A stretch of DNA of 24,338 nucleotides. It comes from Geosiphon pyriformis uo1 (taxonomy: Eukaryota > Fungi > Glomeromycota). The DNA is taken from NCBI GenBank assembly GCA_016748015.1, contig JAAOMT010000325.1, positions 1 to 24,338 on the forward strand, read 5' to 3'. A program made the position numbers and the translations under genes. The notes below the pieces were generated by a model. It did no database searches. It saw only the letters and a list, made by a program, of their open reading frames with translations, and was not told the origin of the DNA. Position 1 is the stretch's first letter. Each line of letters begins with the position of its first letter. Of the stretch, positions 22,862 through 24,338 are shown piece by piece.

Positions 22862-24338
22862 TGTGCCTTTCTTCTTAAAACATTTTGCCTAATTTAATAT
22901 TTAAACCCAAAACCTTGGTGATATACAGAAACTTTGAATATTACTAATTAGGACCAATCAAAACTTGGAAACAGAAAAAAGATCACGAGATTAAAATATC
23001 ATATTCTTTACATTTAAACTTTATTTTTATAAAATTTTTTAAAAGATATTAAAAACATTGGTATTAAAATAATTTGACTTAAGTATTTTATATTTTTTGC
23101 TTGCTTAAAATAACTTTCTTAGACAGAAGTTTTATCTAATTAAATTTTATCCAATACTTAATTCGCAGCAAGTAGTAAAGGTAAAAATATTTAAAAATTG
23201 GTTTATAAAGGAATTTATATTTATTTCCGTTACTTATTTTCAAAACAGCGAAAATTAAATTTTTAATTCCGAAAAGATATTTTAAAGCTCATTTCTAATT
23301 AACCATTTAAAAAAATTGACAATCCAAATTCTTGAAATATAAATATTAACACTAATTTCTAAAGCGGTAAATAATATCATATTATGAAAGTAAAACATTA
23401 ATGCTAAAGAACTCTCTTTATAATTGATTAATCAATTTTTTAGTTCAAAGTGTTTTGGAATTTGTGATTATTATGATGATTATCATTGCTATTTAAAATT
23501 TTAATACACTTTGATAGTTTTCCAATAATTTTATTAGCAGATATCATTGTTGATTTCAATTACTTATACTTAATCTCGTGAATTGCAATTTATGATTTAT
23601 CAACTATACTCTACAGTCTTAAATTTGCATAAGCATTAAATTCTAGGTGGCCTTTTGGGTTTATACTAGCTCAATCTCTCTCTCTTACTCATACTACGTT
23701 ATGCGTTATTATCTGAAAATTCTTCCATTATAGAATGAATGAAAATCAAAACTTCACATACAAGAGTACCTTGCAAAGCCTCAGTAGTATACTTGTCATA
23801 AATATCTATCATATTTTAACATATATCCCTTCAAATAAACAGTTAAAGAAATAATTGACAAAAAAGCCCAAAATAGTGATATTTTGGCTTATTTTGCAAC
23901 ACATTATCATGTAATTAATATCTTGAAATTATTTTCAAAGAATTTAAAGACGTATAGGATTTAATGTTCATAATATGCAAAAACTCATTTTGAAAGTTTT
24001 TAGTATTGGATTAAGTAAATGAGCGCATCTTAAATTCTGAAAGATAAGCAATTGACAAGCTTTCATCTCTGCGTTCGAATATATATATGATTTTATGAAA
24101 CATGGTGGATGGACACATTTAATGATTTCAGTTAAGAATAATTATATTCAATACAGTTGAGCTTCTCTATTTTTTATTATTTTTCATTTTTTAATTCGCG
24201 ATTTTTATTTCTAGAGAAAGAATTAGTTCAAACTGGAGCCACAATCAATATAAAATAAATATAGATAGAATAGTATTCATCCAGTTTCAAAAGAAGGTTA
24301 TGTTTTATCAATCTCTTTAGTTTTGAGCTTTATCAAGG
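22862..24338 (-). repeat. Dispersed repeat family, copy 3 (same orientation as copy 2; truncated inside the tRNA-like head; runs off the window end)
   Basis: Colinear with 5452-6960 and with the rc of 735-1672. Lacks the B-box and unit array, and has a ~23-bp internal deletion near 23618. Confidence 0.88.

Noticed and set aside
5237-24338. Copies 2 and 3 as LTRs of one giant retroelement carrying the two genes
   Set aside because: No gag/pol, PBS or PPT is seen, copy 3 is truncated at a different point and the copies differ greatly in decay.

Overview
AT-rich, intron-containing eukaryotic DNA. The protein families point to a Glomeromycotina (arbuscular-mycorrhizal-type) fungus, possibly Geosiphon/Archaeosporales; this is an inference from recalled family motifs, not a database result. 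The only intact genes are two convergent, spliced paralogs of the GRDP-like/DUF1399 family: 13731-15747 (+, 5 exons, 537 aa) and 18124-20222 (-, 6 exons including an 18-nt micro-exon, 570 aa). The left half is mostly relics. It holds a 5'-truncated RNase H-bearing non-LTR retrotransposon with an A-tail, a TKL kinase pseudogene, a second kinase-like fragment, a spliced Crinkler-like N-terminal pseudogene and a fold-back/MITE-like element with an 89-bp tandem duplication. A dispersed repeat of 1.4 kb or more occurs three times (~735-2100 +, ~5237-6960 -, ~22862-24338 -). It carries a tRNA/Pol III-like head followed by a variable number of GGAATGACGTAAAACTATC units. One copy shows strongly directional, mostly non-CpG C>T/G>A mutation (RIP-like), which is the most unusual signal in the window.
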